Source of the DNA: Mycobacteriales bacterium
Lineage (GTDB): Bacteria; Actinomycetota; Actinomycetes; Mycobacteriales; SCTD01
NCBI GenBank assembly: GCA_035540755.1
Contig: DATLGD010000189.1
Span: forward strand, 1-63,621
Reading direction: 5' to 3'
DNA: 63,621 bases
The position numbers and the translations under genes are program-made. Below are positions 59,290 to 63,621 of this stretch, piece after piece. The notes under the pieces were generated by a model. That model had not been told where the DNA came from, did not search any database, and saw nothing but the letters and a program-made list of their open reading frames with translations. Each line of letters begins with the position of its first letter. Within the stretch, counting starts at the first letter, position 1.

Positions 59290-60069
59290 ATGGGCGAGTT
59301 CGTGAGGCTCGAGGTCGAGGACGCCGTCGGCACGATCCGCCTCGACCGACCGAAGATGAACGCCATCAACGCGCAGCTGCGTGCCGAGCTGCAGGAGGCG
59401 GCCGTCGAGGCGCGCGAGCGCGACGACGTGCGCGCCGTCGTCCTCTACGGCGGGGAGCGGATCTTCGCCGCCGGCGCGGACATCGCCGAGATGTCCTCGC
59501 TCACCTACGCCGACATGGTGGCCTGGGGTGCCGGTCTGCAGGAGGCGCTGCGCGTGGTCGCGAAGCTCCCCAAGCCGGTCGTCGCCGCCGTCACCGGCTA
59601 CGCCCTCGGTGGGGGGTTCGAGCTCGCGCTCGCCGCGGACTTCCGGGTGCTGGGAGAGCGGGCGAAGGTCGGCGTGCCGGAGATCTCGCTCGGCGTCATG
59701 CCGGGGGCGGGCGGCACCCAGCGGCTGCCCCGGCTGGTCGGCCCGGCCAGGGCCAAGGAGCTCGTGTTCACCGGCCGGCACGTCGCGGCGGACGAGGCGC
59801 ACGCACTCGGCATCGCCGACCGCGTCGTGCCCGACGCCGACGTGTACGAGGCGGCCCGGGCGATGGCCGCGCAGTTCGCGACCGGACCTGCCGTCGCCCT
59901 GCGCGCCGCCAAGCAGGCGATCGACGACGGCCTCGAGCTCGACCTCGACAGCGCGCTGCGGCTCGAGACGACGCTGTTCGCCGCGCTGTTCTCGACCGAG
60001 GACCAGAAGGCCGGCATGCAGAGCTTCCTCGAGAACGGCCCCGGCAAGGCCGCCTTCTCCGGCCGCTGA
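59290..60069 (+). CDS. Enoyl-CoA hydratase/isomerase
   Basis: Sequences RPKMNAINAQL, FAAGADIAEM and VTGYALGGGFELALAADFRV are present. GGGAGGA lies upstream of ATG 59290. Confidence 0.9.
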   Translation: MGEFVRLEVEDAVGTIRLDRPKMNAINAQLRAELQEAAVEARERDDVRAVVLYGGERIFAAGADIAEMSSLTYADMVAWGAGLQEALRVVAKLPKPVVAAVTGYALGGGFELALAADFRVLGERAKVGVPEISLGVMPGAGGTQRLPRLVGPARAKELVFTGRHVAADEAHALGIADRVVPDADVYEAARAMAAQFATGPAVALRAAKQAIDDGLELDLDSALRLETTLFAALFSTEDQKAGMQSFLENGPGKAAFSGR

Positions 60070-60307
60070 CCGGCTGCCTCCCGCGAGCACTGCTCCGTCC
60101 GGGCGAGAGCCACGTCACGACGGCGGCCGCGCGTGCCGCGGTTACCCGCGGGTAGCGTCGCGGGAAGCCAGGGCGGGTCCGGTGGCCGAGCTGCCGGTCG
60201 CTACCGTGGCTCGCACGCTCGTGGCCGTTCCCCGGCACGGAGCACTGGCACACGACATGAGTGAGCGCGGGCCCGCCGCGCCCCGAGGCTGACGGAGTCG
60301 CCCGAGC

Positions 60308-61087
60308 ATGAACATCGTCGTACTGGTCAAGCAGGTGCCCGACACCTGGGCCGAGCGCAAGCTCGACGCCACCGACAAGACCCTCGACCGCGCGTCGGTC
60401 GACGTCGTCATGAACGAGATCGACGAGTACGCCGTGGAGGAGGCGCTGCAGATCAAGGAGCGCGACGGCGGTGAGGTCACCATCGTCTGCATGGCGCCCG
60501 ACCGCGGCGTCGAGACCATCCGCAAGGCGCTGTCCATGGGCGCCGACAAGGCCGTCCACCTCGTCGACGACGCCCTCCACGGCTCCGACGCGCTGCAGAC
60601 CTCCTACGCGCTCGCCAAGGTCCTCGGCACCCTCGAGTACGACCTGGTTCTCTGTGGTTCCGAGGCCACCGACTCGCGCATGTCGGTCATGGCGGCCCTG
60701 CTGGCCGAGCGCCTCGGTGTCCCGCAGCTGTCCGGTGCACGAAAGGTCAGCACCGAGGGCGGCACCGTCCGCATCGAGCGGCAGACCGAGAACGGCTACG
60801 ACGTGGTCGAGGCGCCCACGCCCGCCGTCGTGTCGGTCGTCGAGAAGATCAACGAGCCGCGCTACCCCTCCTTCAAGGGGATCATGGCGGCCAAGAAGAA
60901 GCCCCTCACGACCCTGACGCTGGCCGACGCCGGCATCGAGGCCGAGCAGGTGGGCCTGGCCTCCGCGCCCTCGCAGGTCGTGGAGTTCGCGAACAAGCCG
61001 CCTCGCCAGGCCGGTCAGATCGTCAAGGACGAGGGGGACGGCGGCGCGAAGATCGCCGAGTTCCTCGCCGCCCAGAAGCTCGTCTGA
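60308..61087 (+). CDS. etfB: Electron transfer flavoprotein beta subunit
   Basis: MNIVVLVKQVPDTWAERKLD...; 259 aa, followed directly by etfA. Confidence 0.92.
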   Translation: MNIVVLVKQVPDTWAERKLDATDKTLDRASVDVVMNEIDEYAVEEALQIKERDGGEVTIVCMAPDRGVETIRKALSMGADKAVHLVDDALHGSDALQTSYALAKVLGTLEYDLVLCGSEATDSRMSVMAALLAERLGVPQLSGARKVSTEGGTVRIERQTENGYDVVEAPTPAVVSVVEKINEPRYPSFKGIMAAKKKPLTTLTLADAGIEAEQVGLASAPSQVVEFANKPPRQAGQIVKDEGDGGAKIAEFLAAQKLV

Positions 61088-61116
61088 GCACCCCCGACAA
61101 GGAGAAGAGCCCACCC

Positions 61117-62070
61117 ATGGCAGAGGTCCTGGTCCTCGTCGAGCACGTCGAGGGGACGCCCAAGAAGGTCACCTACGAGCTGCTGACACTCGCCCGCGAG
61201 CTGGGGACGCCGTCCGCGGTCGTGCTCGGCGCCGGCGCGTCGTCGGTCGCCGAGAAGCTCGCCGCCTACGGCGCCGAGACGGTCTACGTCTGCGAGGACG
61301 AGGCCATCGACGGCCACCTCGTCGGCCCGAAGGCCGCCGTCCTGGCCGAGCTGGTGTCGAGCAAGAGCCCGGCCGCGGTCCTGCTCCCGAGCAGCGCGGA
61401 GGGCAAGGAGGTCGCCGCTCGGCTCGCGGTCAAGACCGGCAGCGGCCTGCTCACCGACGCCGTCGGCGTCAGCGCCGAGCTGGTCGCCGAGCAGCCGATC
61501 TTCGGCGGCAGCGTCACGGTGTCCTCCAAGGTCGCCACCGGCACGCCGATCATCTGCGTCCGCCCGAACAGCACCGCCCCGGTCGAGCAGGCCGGCGCCG
61601 GCACGGTGGAGCAGGTCAGCGCGACGTTCAGCGACGCCGACAAGGCGGCCAAGGTCGTCGACCGGGTGGTCGAGAACAAGGGCGGTCGCCCCGACCTCGG
61701 CGACGCCTCGGTGGTCGTGTCCGGCGGCCGTGGTCTCGGTGGCGCGGAGAACTTCAACCTGGTCGAGGGCCTCGCGGACGTGCTCGGCGGCGCCGTCGGC
61801 GCCTCCCGTGCCGCCACGGACGCCGGCTGGTACCCGCACCAGCACCAGGTGGGCCAGACCGGTCGCACCGTGTCGCCGCAGCTGTACGTCGCGGTCGGCA
61901 TCTCCGGCGCCATCCAGCACCGGGCCGGCATGCAGACCTCGAAGACCATCGTGGCGATCAACAAGGACCCCGAGGCGCCGATCTTCGAGCTGGCCGACTT
62001 CGGGCTCGTCGGCGACCTGTTCTCGGTCGTCCCGCAGCTGACCGAGGAGCTGCAGAAGCGCAAGGGCTGA
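61117..62070 (+). CDS. etfA: Electron transfer flavoprotein alpha subunit
   Basis: Sequences VVSGGRGLGGAENF, GASRAATDAGW...QVGQTGRTVSPQLYVAVGISGAIQH and VAINKDPEAPIF are present. Confidence 0.92.
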   Translation: MAEVLVLVEHVEGTPKKVTYELLTLARELGTPSAVVLGAGASSVAEKLAAYGAETVYVCEDEAIDGHLVGPKAAVLAELVSSKSPAAVLLPSSAEGKEVAARLAVKTGSGLLTDAVGVSAELVAEQPIFGGSVTVSSKVATGTPIICVRPNSTAPVEQAGAGTVEQVSATFSDADKAAKVVDRVVENKGGRPDLGDASVVVSGGRGLGGAENFNLVEGLADVLGGAVGASRAATDAGWYPHQHQVGQTGRTVSPQLYVAVGISGAIQHRAGMQTSKTIVAINKDPEAPIFELADFGLVGDLFSVVPQLTEELQKRKG

Positions 62071-62085
62071 GCACCCACCGGCTCG

Positions 62086-62120
62086 GACGGCCCGGCACCC
62101 CGCAAGGGCGCCGGGCCGTC
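62086..62120 (+). terminator. GC-rich hairpin after etfA (candidate intrinsic terminator without U-tract)
   Basis: The sequence is gacggcccggcacc-ccgcaag-ggcgccgggccgtc, an 11-bp perfect stem plus 2 more pairs after one mismatch, 16 nt after the stop codon. No T-run follows it. Confidence 0.45.
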
Positions 62121-62213
62121 GTGCGTCCGCACGGGCCCGCGACGGCGCTGTGTCAGGACGCGGACGCAAGGGGGTGGGGTCGGCGCACGGCCCGCTCCCT
62201 AGACTCGCCGCTC

Positions 62214-63614
62214 ATGGCCTCCTGGGACCGCCGTCCGCCCGCCGCGCAGGACAAGCAGCGCGCCGCAGCGGTGCGGACGCAGGTCGTCGACGCCGTCGCG
62301 CCGTTCTCGCCGTTCTGGCGCGAGCGGCTCGCGGCGCTCGGGCGGACGCCCGCGTCGGTGGCCACCCCAGAGGCCCTCGACGCGCTGCCCGCGGTGGGGG
62401 AGCGCGACGTGTGCCCAGACGGCGACCCGGCCGCCGCCGGCGCCCTCGTGCTGCAGGCCGGAGAGCGGGGCTGGGCGCTGCACGCCGAGGGGCCGCAGCT
62501 GCGCAAGGCGCTCTCGCGGCGCCTGCTCGCCCCCCGCTCCTACGCCGCCGTCGTCGAGGCCGACACCCGTCCCACGTCGTTCGTGTGGGCCGGGCGGAGC
62601 CTGCGCTTCCCCGTGGCCAGCACCCGCAGCGACCTCGACGTCGTCGCGCGGTGCGGCGCCCGGCTGTGGTCGGTGCTCGGCCTGACGCGGGCCGACGTCG
62701 TCGTGAGCGCGCTGCCGCTGCTGCCGTCGGCCGAGGCGCAGGCGCTGCAGCTCGGGGCCCTCGGCGCCGGCGCGCCGCTGCTCGCGCCGGGCGACGCCGC
62801 CGACGACGTCGCGGCGGCCCTCGCGCTCGTCCCGGCGACGGTGCTCGCGCTGCCGGCGCAGGGGGCGGCGGACGCGGTCGACGACCTCGACGAGGCCGCC
62901 GCCGCCCTGTCGTCGCTGACCACGCTGCTGCTGGTCGGCGCCCCAGACGAGGCCGAGCGGGCCGCGGCCCGCGAGGCGGTCCGCCGGGCCGGCGCCGACG
63001 CGGAGGTGCTCGCCGTGCACGTCCCGGACGGGCACCGGCTGGCCTGGGGCGAGTGCCGCGAGTCCGGCGGCAGCACCGGCCTGCACACCTACCCCGACCT
63101 CGAGCTGCTCCAGGTCGTCGACGTCGAGACCGGCGAAGCGCCGACCTCCGGCAGCGGTGCTCGCGAGCTGGTGCTCACCCAGCTGGGCCTGCGCGGCAGC
63201 GCCCTCCTGCGCTGGCGCACCGGGGACGTCGTCGACGCCGTCACCGGCGACGCCTGCCCCGCCTGCGGCCGCACCGTGCCGCGGGTGATCGGCGCCCGCC
63301 GCGGGGCGCTGGTGCCGTCGCTGGCCCTGCGCACGGGAGCAGCCGTCGTCGACCTGCGGGCCGTGACGGCGGCGCTGCTCGGCCGGCCGGACCTCGACGA
63401 CTGGCGGGTCGAGGTGCGCAGCAGCACCCGGGACGGCGTCGAGCAGCTGCTCGTGCACCTCGACCCGGCCCCGGACGCCGACCCGGCGGCGGTCGCGCTC
63501 GCCGTCGCCGACGCATTGCAGGCCACGTCCGGGCTGCTGCCGACGCAGCTGGTGCTCGCCGAGCCGGGCCGGCTGCCGGGCGGTGGTCAGGGCCGCGTGC
63601 TGCTGCGGCGCTGA
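62214..63614 (+). CDS. Hypothetical protein, weakly reminiscent of PaaK/F390-synthetase-like adenylate-forming enzymes
   Basis: About 466 aa from ATG 62214. I can point to no intact AMP-binding motif. It contains CPACGRTVPRV. Third codon positions are strongly G/C, so it is probably coding. Confidence 0.4.
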   Translation: MASWDRRPPAAQDKQRAAAVRTQVVDAVAPFSPFWRERLAALGRTPASVATPEALDALPAVGERDVCPDGDPAAAGALVLQAGERGWALHAEGPQLRKALSRRLLAPRSYAAVVEADTRPTSFVWAGRSLRFPVASTRSDLDVVARCGARLWSVLGLTRADVVVSALPLLPSAEAQALQLGALGAGAPLLAPGDAADDVAAALALVPATVLALPAQGAADAVDDLDEAAAALSSLTTLLLVGAPDEAERAAAREAVRRAGADAEVLAVHVPDGHRLAWGECRESGGSTGLHTYPDLELLQVVDVETGEAPTSGSGARELVLTQLGLRGSALLRWRTGDVVDAVTGDACPACGRTVPRVIGARRGALVPSLALRTGAAVVDLRAVTAALLGRPDLDDWRVEVRSSTRDGVEQLLVHLDPAPDADPAAVALAVADALQATSGLLPTQLVLAEPGRLPGGGQGRVLLRR

Positions 63615-63621
63615 ACCGGGT

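Overview
High-GC actinobacterial chromosome segment, judged from the GlgE pathway, DivIVA, a DUF222-HNH gene and dense GTGA/ATGA gene coupling. G+C was judged by eye and not computed.

Positions 1 to about 14.1 kb are accessory DNA.
(i) A complete recombinase-in-trio (RIT) element carries three coupled tyrosine recombinases. It is bounded by 82-bp imperfect terminal inverted repeats containing six copies of a TTATGCCGA half-site, and two more copies form a 20-bp palindrome just outside the right repeat.
(ii) The RIT element abuts a 5'-truncated, frameshifted IS256-family transposase remnant.
(iii) A visibly lower-GC polymorphic-toxin locus follows:
- One Rhs gene of about 2,250 codons has a Sec-type signal peptide, two PA14 domains and YD repeats. 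Its reading frame is broken once, at a C-run near 7758.
- The Rhs gene has its own C-terminal toxin tip and a 79-aa immunity gene.
- A downstream start-less orphan tip lies in direct orientation and shares 117 bp of perfect identity with the main gene. It encodes a glycine-zipper-like toxin followed by a 2-TM immunity protein.
- An upstream orphan tip lies in inverted orientation (264 bp, about 85% identity). It encodes a PD-(D/E)xK-like toxin, GTGA-coupled to a 346-aa partner.

The most interesting hypothesis is that the inverted copy allows reversible, inversion-based switching of the toxin tip, in addition to the known deletion route through the direct orphan.

Positions 14.1-63.6 kb are ordinary core metabolism:
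- ccr, methylmalonyl-CoA epimerase, thiolase, meaB and icmA.
- An ArsR-MFS pair and a DUF222-HNH gene.
- moaA divergent from a complete form-II coxSML cluster with its maturation genes.
- The glgE-treS-mak-glgB operon with glgP and glgX.
- Enoyl-CoA hydratase and etfBA.

Three otherwise conserved genes (rhs, MFS, mak) each carry a single-base frame break, at a homopolymer run in rhs and mak and within a short G/C stretch in the MFS gene. These should be checked as possible assembly errors before being called pseudogenes. I found no tRNA, rRNA or CRISPR array.
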